DNA of 64,000 nucleotides from Eledone cirrhosa (Eukaryota). The stretch is from positions 169,818,001-169,882,000 of the forward strand of contig OZ024742.1 in the NCBI GenBank assembly GCA_964016885.1. The letters are read 5' to 3'. Numbering within the stretch: the stretch's first letter is position 1; every line of letters starts with the position of its first letter. Shown here in pieces: positions 39,861-51,084 of this stretch. The notes under the pieces are model-generated. The model made no database searches and had not been told where the DNA came from. It worked only from the letters and a program-made list of their open reading frames with translations. Position numbers and translations under genes: made by a program.

Positions 39861-41573
39861 CAGTGTTGAATTAAGATTTTCTTTCATTTTGATTCTATAT
39901 TTTTATATAACATATGTAATTAAATATTGTATATATTATGTGTGTATATTTTCTTTCTATAAAAATTCTGAGTAAATAAATAAAACAAAGTGAGTATAAA
40001 AATAGTATATAAACAACATATATAGCATATAAATTTGCTTTATATATTAGTATATACGACCGTGACCTCTGGCGTCATGCAGTAATACAGAGTACCCGAC
40101 CTCCTATGGGTACAAGCTGAAGCATATAGACAATATTCCCCCACACCCTCCCACTGCAAGGTGGTCGTGGAGGTGCCACGGCAAAAAAGCACCCAGCCCA
40201 CACTGTAAAGTGGACATGTAGGCGCCACGAAAAAGCACCCAGCACTCACTGTAAATGAGGTTGGTGTTAGGAAGGGAATCCAGCTGTAGAAATCAAGCCA
40301 AATCAGTTCCTGTATGAGCAAGGCATGGTCAGCCGACCAGACACTGCTCACAACAGGACAACCCGTCTAACCCATGCTAGCGTGGAAGAACGGACGTAAA
40401 ACGGTGATGATGATGATGATATATATACACAATCTATATTATAAAAGAAGAGCTGTTTTCCGTCAGTTTGTCCATCCCACTTATATGTATATATGTAAAA
40501 AAAATATTTGTTGTTGTTGTTTGTGTGTGTGTTTCTGAATGTCTGTCAACATATAGACAAGGCAACACAGACTTTGAAAAAAACAGGTTGTTGTTATTGA
40601 GAAAGAAATACAGTGCAAGAGAGGGTGTGTAATTTGTTTTAAGAAAAATCAACGGGCTTTTGTTGTTAAGAGAGAGATTGTGTGTGTGAAAGACAGAAAG
40701 GTAGCGTGTTGTCACCATAGGAACTAACGAATTTTGATTGAAATTGAGAGAATTTTAAGTGCAATTCTGTCAACATGTGTGGATAAAAATCGTGTGCATG
40801 TGTTTCTATATTCCCTAAGGAAAACCGGGCTACAGCTAATTAATATTAAAAAAAGTGGGAGAAGATTTGCTCACACAGTCACATACCACGATAATTGGGT
40901 GCTGAAGAAGTTAAGAAACTTTACTTGAGTGAAGGAGTGGAATTAATCTAGATTTATTATACTAAAAAATTGTCACAATCTTATGGGCAGGGGTAAGCAT
41001 TATGGTATGGTTGAAATTTCAATTCAATCTTATATCAACATTCTAAGAAATGATAAATATACATTCCATAGTAGATATATTGTTGGTGGTGGTCACTTTG
41101 ACTTCATATTTTCTTTAGTTTTGATTCTATACGTTCGTGTGAAATATTTATGTAATTAAGTAATAGCTATACATGTGAGTATGTGTTGAATTTTGACAGC
41201 TATGACATGTGTTTGCAATTCCAAGCTATCGATATTGTCAGCATATTTGTTTGGGAAAATGTGTAATGTCATCTACATCGTTTATTTCCATATAATAGGT
41301 ATAAGGCCAACAATTTTGTTTTTGTGTATGTGTGTGTGGGGGGGGGGGGGTCGATTAAATCGACCCAGCGCATTATTAGTACTTTATTTTATCAACCCCC
41401 TAACAAAACGTTGTATCGCGCTGCTATTTTTAGTGGCATGATCAACAAGTTTATAATAACCAGCTTGTGGCCTAATTTTGCGTGTGTCACTTTAACGGCT
41501 TGACCACATGCGTTGGGCAGGAAGCGAAATATTGACTTACTATGAGATTTGCACCCTTATGGTATGGAAATAA

Positions 41574-41653
41574 GCTGTCTGAAGATCTAATTCTTTCCAT
41601 TGGAAATTCTCTGGATTTCCAATCTTTGGATTAGTGAAACCGTCGGTAACAGC
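41574..41653 (+). ncRNA. Type-I hammerhead ribozyme motif (solo, probably a PLE pLTR remnant)
   Basis: GCUGU-CUGAAGA-U-CUAAU(..UUGGAAAU..AUUUCCAA..)AUUAG-U-GAAA-CCGUCGG-UA-ACAGC. The first stem II pair is a U-U mismatch. Confidence 0.72.
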
Positions 41654-42422
41654 AATAGAACAGGTAAATATTTAAATCGTTTTTTAATTTATTTAAAAGA
41701 TTGTTTGATAATTGCTTGCTCCGCTCATTTTTATAGTTCTGGTATCTCAAATTAGTACCATCGAACCACAACTATTATAAACACCATGCATATTTCTATA
41801 GGTACCTAGTGCCTGTTGGAATATCCATACCCTTTTATATATATATATCATATGCAACCCATGTGCAAACCACGCAGTATTCTTCTTTCTTCTCATGTTT
41901 TTTTTATATATATTTACCTCGGCTGCGTTTGTCTGTTTCTCTCTTACTGCTTCCCCGCTCTCTCTGTTTCTCTCACCTTCTTTCGCCCCCTCTGTCAGTT
42001 ACACTTTCTCTCGACTGACCTCTTCCTCACACTTCCACTCACTCACTCTCTGTTTCTCCCCTTCTCACTTCCTCCCGTTTGGCTTGTGTGGGTCTCTTCT
42101 TGCTTACATCTCACACATCGACACGGTCTGTACCTCTCTCGCTCATGAAATCCACCCAGATTATGCTGACCGGACAAACATGTTGTTTGTTTATTTTCCT
42201 ATCTTCGGTTTGCTTTTATCCTTCTATGTTGTTTACTTGTCCCCCTCGCTTTACGCGAATTACTGGTCCCAATAACTCTTTTTAGTTATTGCTCGCACCA
42301 AATTGAGGTATCTGATTTTTAATGCGATGAAATACCAATGATGGTTGGAAAATCACTGACGAAGGACTATTTTTATCATATGTAACCCATGTGCAAACCA
42401 CGCAGTATTCTTCTTTCTTCTC

Positions 42423-42474
<52 letters not shown>

Positions 42475-42652
42475 TATCCTATTCACTCTGGCGAATCTGG
42501 TCCCTTACGATTTGATCACATATATGTATATATCTGTGTTTATCTCTCTTTATTATATAGAATTATATTACACGGCCCGGAAAAAATTCTTTCCTTGACC
42601 TATTTAATTGTAAGAGACTATTTTGAGTTTCTAACTCAATAAATACTTTTGG

Positions 42653-42693
<41 letters not shown>

Positions 42694-42781
42694 TATGAAA
42701 GACCAAAGTTCATATTTTCAATGAACTTATAACATGAAGTTCACATGAAGATATGACACTATCTTTACACCAATCATTGTA

Positions 42782-42838
42782 TTTTATCTGACGAGCGCGT
42801 ACTAAAATAGTAGTACCCTTGAAATACGTATAAAAAAA
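42782..42838 (+). ncRNA. Degenerate type-I hammerhead motif
   Basis: UUUUAU-CUGACGA-GCGC-GUACUA(AAAUAG)UAGUAC-CCUU-GAAA-UACGUA-UA-AAAAA. Stems I and II are mismatched. Confidence 0.5.
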
Positions 42839-42992
42839 ATAAATATGGTTTTATAAAGATATTTTCCATTTATTAATATTATTGATATTAATGATACTCC
42901 GGAAAACCGTTGAGAGCTTCTAATCTGTTGTAAATTAACTTTATTGAATAATCAACAAACCAAATAACTCGTTGTTTATATATATATATATA

Positions 42993-43138
42993 CTAGCAGA
43001 ATGGCCCGGCGTTGCTCGGGATTTGCTCTAGGCTTCTTATATATTTGATATATATTTATCCTTATCGAGCCTCGTGAAATAAATACGTTTGTTTATATTT
43101 TGTTATTCTGTATGCAAAAATATCTGTACACGAATATA

Positions 43139-43188
<50 letters not shown>
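42993..43188 (-). mobile_element. Helitron-like 3' part (same family as 3727-4423), interrupted at its (TA)n tract by the PLE
   Basis: CCCGAGCAACGCCGGG hairpin plus CTAG; 43068-43143 is nearly identical to 3946-4023. Confidence 0.7.
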
Positions 43189-43192
<4 letters not shown>

Positions 43193-43233
43193 GAAAAAAG
43201 AACAAAGGAACTTTTCTGACATTACAAGTTTAT

Positions 43234-43280
43234 TGCCGACAGCCGTTTCGTCCGACCATATGGTGGGACTTTTCAAGGCA
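43234..43280 (-). ncRNA. Minimal type-I hammerhead, U3-A8 variant, in the 3' pLTR
   Basis: UGCC-UUGAAAA-GUCC(CACCAUAUGGUC)GGAC-GAAA-CGGCUG-UC-GGCA, followed by AUAAA. Confidence 0.82.
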
Positions 43281-45903
43281 TATAACAGGTAATTGTAAGT
43301 TCATTGTTTTCATCAACGTTTCACTCAAGATTAGCAGTTTGTAATCGTGGTATATATCAACAGCTCAGCTTGTTTATCTGGGGTCTATATTCTAAGGGGG
43401 CTCTTTTATAATAGTTGTAAAAGGGATGGGTTAGAGGGAATTAAGAGAATTTGAAAAGGGCCTAAAAGTTAGGGATTGAAGGTTAAAAATTAAAGAATTT
43501 ATAAGTTACGCATTAAAAGTAAAAGATTTGGGATCCCCTAAAAGCCCCTTAAAAAACACATCGATAAGCGCATAAAGCTTATAAGCCCCAATAAACCTAA
43601 AAAACCAGAAGAGATTAAGAGAATAAAAAAATAAAAAAGTTTCATAAAAATTCCTTCAAAAAAAAATTTTTTCTAAGAAATTCCCTTAAAAAAATTTAAG
43701 AAAATTTACGAAGATTTAATAATCCCTACTAAAGTTCTAAACTTAAAAATTAAAAATTTGGGGAAAAAAATACTTTCATAAAGATTTAAGAGGTTAATAA
43801 AGTTAATGATTTAGGGAATCCATAATATAAAGATTAAGATTTAAGTTAGGATTTGAAGTTTAAGAGTTCCAAACCCAGAAATTTAAAAATTTAATGAATT
43901 TAAGATTAAGAAATCTTATATATCCAAGATTAAAAATTAAAGATTAAGAGGTTGAACATTAAATTTAAAAATTAAGAAATAAATAGTTGAAAGAAATTAA
44001 TCAATTAAAGGTTAATTCAAAAAGCCTTCAAAAAATCCCCCAGAAAAGGCCCTTTTAATATTTTTAATAAAAACCTCTTCCGAAAGACCCTTCAAAGAAT
44101 TAAAATTTTAGAGAACCTTTAAAAATATATATAAATGAATTGAGGAAAATTACAAATTAAAAATTACGGAATTTGGGAGATCCGATGAATTTCCAAAGGG
44201 TTGCTTCAACAGATACAACAACTTAGGTATAATAAATAAAGTAATTTAAGTAATCTAATTAAGGAGCAATTCAAAGAGCTTATCAAGTTGGGCTCGAAGA
44301 TTAAAGAAAATGATAAGAAAATATGCAAAAAAACAATAATTATAAAATGTATTTTTAAGAAGGTATTAAATAGCTTAAGTAATCTAATAATGTATTATCA
44401 AAAAAATATGAATACAGGATTAACAAAGATATAATAATATATTCCTGCCTAATTAACAAACAATTAATAAACAATTAACAGTCAAGCAAATTTACTCAGG
44501 GATATCCCACACACGGATACTTTACACATATACAGCAAGATGAACAATATAGGTGACCTTGTAGGTGCGATATCCATTGTGCGCATGCAATCATCTGCAT
44601 AGCTCCAGGCACAGTTGGTCTTGTTGAAAAGTTCCGAGTTCACGAATCAACTGGGATTCACTATCAGCTGTGTGCACTCTCTGGGAGATGGACCTGCTGA
44701 TCAAACAGCTAGTGGTCGCAGGGTGTGCTCCGTTCGATCCTTTCCATGTAGTTTCGGTTGTGCCAGTTATTAAGCCATACGTGGGATCGCACGCGTTTGC
44801 GATAGATCAGCCTGCCGGTACTAAATCCAAGGTTTTGCTGTATAGGATATATTGGTGTATGATATATTGGTAAAAAAGTCCAGTATGGACTTGACTGGGG
44901 TGGTATATTGTGTCTCTCGCTATTATCCCCTCCTCTCATCAATTCCAAGTTCACACGCGACTGGTTAAATGCTAAGGACTGTCCCCTCTTTGTTTGTTGT
45001 TATATGTAGTAGGGGTCGGTTCTAGCTTAGATGGTGGTCGTATTATCCATGTTGCTTCTATATCCCGTCAGTCATGCATATTCAAGATAGATCGCGGTAT
45101 ATATGCAGATATTTGCGGGTATGGTCCGGCGTCTATGCTATCTAAAGGATCTCTCTTGTGGCATTTTCAAATTCGCATGTCATCTCCCGGTTAAGTCTGC
45201 GCATGCTTCGGTGATACTCGTACATGGAATATTGGGGTATCATATTACACGGGGTGACTAGCAGAAAATACATACTCCATGCTACCGCGCAGGCCTGTGG
45301 CTACGACCATGCCCAGTCACGGGTAGTAGCTGACAGCAGGTAGACGAGCAAGATATACCCTAGTTCAAGGGGCATAACCCCTAACTTATCGAGTGGTCAG
45401 ACATCAAGGGAGTCAACTCTCCAAACTTATTATGTCAACCGTGGTAATATACAAAAAAATCCTTATTAATAAAGAGCGAACTCAAAAAAATGAATGGGAG
45501 AGAATGAGGAGGGGGAGCTATTAGGGCGGGGGTTTACTAGGGGAGGGGGGGAGTGATTGGTTACAGGCAGGGAACGGCCGCCACATTGGGTGCTCCGCTA
45601 CTGTTCCCTTGGGCAATTTCCCGAATTTGTTGATATGTATCCCCGACGGTACATCCTCAGACCAGGTGGCGTGGGTCCAGGCACTCGCAATATCCCACAC
45701 CGCAGGCGTCAGCGGCCCCCAGAGCGCCCAGCAACAATGTTGCCACCAATCCCATTTTGGCAAGTGGGGCACAGGATCGACTGTTTCTCACCAGAGTCCC
45801 CATCGGCAAGTGGGGAGCCCCAGGCATCAATGGGGTCGGGGTTACTCAAGAGCACCCTATTCGCCAGCGGGGCAGCCATGTGCGAGACAGGGTGGGGTCA
45901 GGG

Positions 45904-48515
45904 TTAGGTGTCCGGTCTGAAGAAAAAGAAAGAGCTAAGTATAGTATGGGGGCAGGACGAGAAGATTTCTGACCTCCTGTTGAGCAAGTTAAGTCCTGAG
46001 AATACTATGGCATGAGATTCAGTTAGGCACAGGCTACAAAACCTGCTCAACGAGCTATATGGAGGAGCTTTAGTAAGGCATCTCCAGCTTAGTGTGTAGG
46101 GGGGTTTTGCTTGTTTTAAGTTATGTATGTGTCCCGCTAACGACGTGGTATTTTTAAGCTTCTCATTTCGGAAGCTATGCTGGTGGGCGTTGAATCTCGT
46201 CTTGAACTGGTTAGCGGTTGACCCCACATACGTCTTAGTATACGTGTCTGTGGTTACATTACAAGCATATACTACGTTCTTAATAAGGCAGTGTCCAGCT
46301 AGTGGGCATTTGTCCTTCCGTCGGCAATTACACTTCCTAATAGGGTCATGCTCCTCAATCAGGGGTGTATGTCCCTCCAAGCGGCCGTGGGGCTGCCTAG
46401 TGGGACCGGGTCTATTGCCTGTTATCCCCCTGGGTCTTTCACTCAGTGGGTCGGTCCCATGTTGTCGTGTGTACTGGCGTGGTTCACTATTTCGGAAGGC
46501 CTTAAGTCCCTCTTTAATCTTAATCTTATTGGTCTTAGCTAGGTGGGAGGCCAGATTAATGGTTGTCGAGTACGATAGTTTGATAGTATTCTTATTGATG
46601 ACACTACCGTACCTACTACCTGGGGGGAAGTTCCTATCTATTAAAGAGAAAAAAGATTTGGGGAGGTCTGTAATAATATTAGAGTTGAAGGGCGGGTTAA
46701 AGAAGGTGCTATTACGTCTTCTATTCTTTCCACTGCGTTTCTTATCCCCCATGCTGCTTACCCTCCCTTCATCTAGATTATTATGGGTTCTACCAGGTGT
46801 GCGTCCTGGGCTCCCGGTGGTATGCGTATTGGTCTCGAATCTCCTAGACCTCTGGCCCCCGTTTTCACTGTTGGTCTTGCTTGGGGCGGCGTAACGCTCT
46901 CCAGCCGTGCGGGCCCTATCCGAGTCTGCATTGCGAGTGTTGGTGTTCTTAGCTAAATTCTTATTGTCCCTATTCGTCTTTCTAGACCTCCTTCCATCCC
47001 CCATGGACATATTATGCGTGATTATAGTGCTGGGTTGGGGTAGTGGGGTGGTGCCGTTTGTCTCAATATAATGAAGTTTATCCTTGTGCCCTGACCCAGC
47101 TAGCGCCTTGTTGTAATACTCCGCATTTGCCTCAAATTCGGTCACGTTGCTAGATAGTCCGCTAATCCTACTAGATACTCCCTTAACTATTGCTTTGAGG
47201 ACTGAGCCTGGGTGGTTGGAGTTGGCATTGGCGTATGTCAGCCTCTCGTTAGGTTTATGGCACGGTGTATATTCTAACTTATCTAGGTCTAGTGTGGCAT
47301 CTAGAAAGTTGACTACCTTACTATTTCTATCCATAGTTATTGATAGGTTAAAGTTCTTGAAGAATTTATATAGGTCCTTTCTAGTTCTTTCTGGTTGTGT
47401 CGTTTAAACTCCACAGTAAGCAATGTGTCGTCACGGTACAGCCCACCTCTGAGGTGTGGGAACTGCTCGTTGAGCTCCTTGAGCAGGTACAAGCCGACGA
47501 GGTCTGTCACCTGTGCCGAGTCACTAAACCCCATAGTGATGTCGAAGTTATTATGTGTGTTCTTGCGCGTGCACAATTCATCCTCAAATGTGATAATTGT
47601 TTTACGAGCGGCAAGAACTATGTCAATCTGGGATCTAGTGATTCCGCCCGTCCGCATTGCCAGTATGAGCGTCTTATTCAGTACTATGGGGGATATAGAC
47701 GTATAGTAGGAGTCTATATCGAACTGGATGAAGCGTAGTGATTTGTGGTTGCTAATGCTTGAGAACCACTTTATCACTTTCGCAGTGTTTCCCCTTAGCT
47801 CAAGGCTAATCCTATCCTTAACTTTAGGTATGACTTCATCCAGTATTTTTTTACTTATAATCCCTATGTCAGATTTAGAGGGGCTAATGAGCCTGACAGA
47901 GGGGCTACTTGCAAAGTCCTCCTTATGATCTTTCAACGTGAACCTTGGTTGGCGGGGGGTGTAAGGTTGTGTGCATTTCTCTAATCCTAGCTTCGTTACT
48001 ATCACTTTAGCCTCCCTGTTAATCTCATTTAGGTTGGCTACAGTGGTTTTTTATAGTTTTTATGTAGTTCATTGTATATGAATCCGCGGTATTCTTCATA
48101 ACTCAGGTTGTACATATTTTTAGTCTTGTCTGAGGGTACGAGTATACAATTTCTGTCCTTAAAAGATTTAACTAGTGATTCTAACTTAGTTTGGAAGCCG
48201 CTACGCTTACTGTTTTTCTTTTTATACCTAATAGACCGGACGAGAGACAATAGGTCACTCTCAAATTTATCGAGTAGAGGGTTGGGGGGGGCTCCTAAAT
48301 GTTCTAAATCCATACTTATTATTCGATGGACTCTCTAGTGGGGCGCTACGGCGTCTATCGAAGTGGAAGGTGCGCCATCTTATTCTCCTTACAAACGAAT
48401 TAACGCTGGCTATAAGCTGCTTTTCATAAGTACCCCTTGGTGGTATGGGTATATTCTTAAGTGATAACGGAAGATGGTCCTTTGTCAGCATACTGTCGGT
48501 GTAGTGAAAAGCCAC
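45904..48515 (-). pseudogene. PLE polyprotein (RT + GIY-YIG endonuclease) broken by about 3 frameshifts
   Basis: SLKNIPIP..RRIRW, TLKDHK, QFDIDSYYTSI, FDITMG..DSAQV, LYRDD, VNFLD, FNPPFN, CNC-x5-CPL-x-G-x-C, VVYAC..TYVGST..FKTR, LNRRSEI..CPH. Confidence 0.92.
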
Positions 48516-48722
48516 TCCAGGGCGGTGTGTCTTTCAGTGAAGATTAAGCTCTACCGGAGGGAGCTAAATAAGCAAGATGTATGGTAGGTCGTACGTAAAT
48601 CGCGATGATCACGCCTGGCCTACCAAATATGCGACGGTAGCTAGTTAAGCTCTGTGCGTATAAGCAGAGCAGAAATATTAAGGAAAAAGAACAAAGGAAC
48701 TTTTATGACATTACAAGTTTAT

Positions 48723-48769
48723 TGCCGACAGCCGTTTCGTCCGACCATATGGTGGGACTTTTCAAGGCA
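48723..48769 (-). ncRNA. Minimal type-I hammerhead, U3-A8 variant, in the 5' pLTR
   Basis: Identical to 43234-43280. Confidence 0.82.
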
Positions 48770-49876
48770 TATTTGTAAGTTCATTGTTTTCATCAACGTT
48801 TCACTCAAGATTAGCAGTTTGAAATCGTGGTATACATCAACAGCTCAGCTTGTTTATCTGGGGTCTATATTCTAAGGGGGCTCTTTTATAATAGTTGTAA
48901 AAGGGATGGGTTAGAGGGAATTAAGAGAATTTGAAAAGGGCCTAAAAGTTAGGGATTGAAGGTTAAAAATTAAAGAATTTATAAGTTACGCATTAAAAGT
49001 AAAAGACTTGGGATCCCCTAAAAGCCCCTTAAAATACACCTCGATAAGCGCATAAAGCTTATAAGCCCCAATAAACCTAAAAAACCAGAAGAGATTAAGA
49101 GAATAAAAAAATTAAAAGTTTCCTAAAATTCCTTCAAAAAAAAATTTTTTCTAAGAAATTCCCCTAAAAAAATTTAAGAAAATTTACGAAGATTACGAAT
49201 TTTTAGGAAACTTTAGGTACAGATTAGAGGTTAGAAATTAAAAAGAAAAAGGAAGAAAGGAAAATGATAAAGAGGAATGATATAGAATGAGTAAATTGTA
49301 TTATATAATATATAATAAATATTATTGAAATAAGGTAGAAAGATGGGTATATTTGTAAAAGATATATAAGCCTTTGAGAAAAAGGATTTTAAACTAGTAA
49401 GGTATTAGATATTAGCTGTATACTTTATGGAATGTTCTGTGGAATTTATGCAAGCTGAGAGAAAATAAATCCGTGCGTCTATTTATTATAGAATTGAAAA
49501 TAGATATAATGGTAAATTTCTCGGCTAGGCAGAGATTACATGTTCTGGATAGGGAAGAATTCAAGTAGTTAAAGGCAAACCTTCCTCCAAGAGATGTTAT
49601 AGTTAATATTTTTCTCTTTCAAGGACCATATGAGTTCCGAGAGTGCCGTGTTAGTCTTTTAGATACCAACTTAAAAGTACTAACACGGCACTCTCGGAAC
49701 TCATATGGTTTATACTCCAGTCCTACAAACTGTAGAGTGCTACTTATCCGATATTTGCATTGCTTTATTGTGCTATAATAAAACTCACCTCCTACATTAT
49801 ATATATATATATGTATGTGTGTGCATGTATATATACGTATGTATATATATATATATATGTTGGTGTATTTATGTAT

Positions 49877-49946
<70 letters not shown>

Positions 49947-49990
49947 AAGTTAAATAAAAGTCAAATGATTAAAATTTAGCTTCGTTTATT

Positions 49991-50045
49991 ACTGCTATAT
50001 ATATTTCAGTGACAGCCATCTTTGGCTGTGACCTCTTCAGGCAGT
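49991..50045 (-). ncRNA. Type-I hammerhead ribozyme motif (left arm)
   Basis: Reverse complement of 50126-50180. Confidence 0.8.
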
Positions 50046-50125
50046 TTGAATTAGTATGGTATAGAGTATTGACAATATCATACACCTAAATAACATATGT
50101 ACTTGTCTATACCATACTAATTCAA

Positions 50126-50180
50126 ACTGCCTGAAGAGGTCACAGCCAAAGATGGCTGTCACTGAAATATATATAGCAGT
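50126..50180 (+). ncRNA. Type-I hammerhead ribozyme motif (right arm)
   Basis: ACUGC-CUGAAGA-GGUCACAGCCA(AAGA)UGGCUGUCACU-GAAA-UAUAUA-UA-GCAGU, then AAUAAA. Confidence 0.8.
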
Positions 50181-50792
50181 AATAAACGAAGCTAAATTTT
50201 AATCATTTGACTTTTATTTAACTTTATTTTACACTACTCCGGAGTAACCAAACCAACCTGCGCACTTCGTCGAGTGCTCCAGCCTGCATACTGAGGTGTT
50301 GGTATACAACCAACATAAACTCAAAATCTATATATATATATATATATATATATATGGGTGTGTGTATGTGTGTGTATATGTGCCTCTGTGTATGTGTGCG
50401 TGTATATATTTATATATATATGTATGTATGTGTGTATATGTGAGTGTGTGTGCGTGTGTGTGTGTACGTGTGTGTTGTTATATATTCTTATTTATTATCC
50501 CCCCCCCCTTTTTTTTCCCTCTAGCCTCACTTTCATATCTGTTATATTTTTGTTTTTCAAATCCACTGTCAATAATAAAGACACCAGGATTTTTTCATTC
50601 TGATGAATGAAAGCAATTTTGGTTGCTTTCAAGAAACCACTGGTAAATGAAATAATTATCTTATGTTGTTTATTACATAACTATATATATATATATAATG
50701 TAGGAGGTGAGTATTGTAGCACAATAAAGCAATGAAAATATCGGATAAGTAACACTCTACAGTTTATAGGACTGGAGTATAAATAATATCTT

Positions 50793-50968
50793 ACAGGATC
50801 ATTGTGCCACCAACAAAATTATAACACCTGAGCAAGCTGGTGGAAAGAAGGTGTGACGCTGCATAGATCACCTACTAACAAATAAAATGATACGGGAAAA
50901 AACAGCAAAGAATTGCAGGAACATAGCTGTGGTGTGGCTTGACTATCAGAAAGATTTTGATAGTGTAC
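50793..50968 (+). mobile_element. R4/Dong-like (RLE clade) RT fragment
   Basis: Translates to IITPEQAGG..CIDHLLTNKMI...RNIAVVWLDYQKDFDSV. Confidence 0.65.
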
Positions 50969-51084
50969 ATCAAGAATCATTTGACAAAGAGATTTACCAG
51001 TTGTACTATCTATATTGTAGATTCCTAAAACATCTTCTTTAATTTCAAAATAATCATTCACATGACGAACACAAATGACATCCA
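50965..51084 (-). mobile_element. hAT (ZMYM1-like) transposase fragment
   Basis: ICVRHVND.FEIKEDVLGIY..DSTTGKSLCQMILDV resembles the hAT DDE N-terminal segment. Confidence 0.55.

Larger units (their letters stand above)
43189..49194 (-). mobile_element. Penelope-like retroelement, Naiad-type, near full length with tandem pseudo-LTRs (48678-49194 and 43189-43716)
   Basis: ~520-bp near-identical direct repeats, each with a hammerhead; RT plus C-terminal GIY-YIG ORF; the 3' end abuts (TA)n. Confidence 0.93.
49940..50231. repeat. Perfect 126-bp inverted repeat (49940-50065 / 50106-50231, 40-nt spacer) with a hammerhead in each arm
   Basis: The arms are exact reverse complements by reading; the left end abuts (TA)n. 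Confidence 0.95.

Noticed and set aside
42135-42190. Hammerhead-like CTCATGA..GGAC-AAACATGTT between ~55-bp direct repeats (41848/42376)
   Set aside because: Both core segments are mutated, and stem I cannot be formed.
45845-45900. HDV-like ribozyme suggested by GGCGAAUAGGG on the - strand
   Set aside because: Folds as a simple stem-loop; no P1/P3/P1.1 pseudoknot was found.
45904-47334. Selenoprotein-type Naiad (UGA-Sec plus SECIS)
   Set aside because: The endonuclease Cys motifs use ordinary Cys codons with no in-frame TGA, and no convincing SECIS was seen.
49705-50610. YI/CV-rich ORFs here and at ~10250, 11050, 15311, 42389, 43089 and 54361
   Set aside because: Translations of (TA)n and (TG)n microsatellites.
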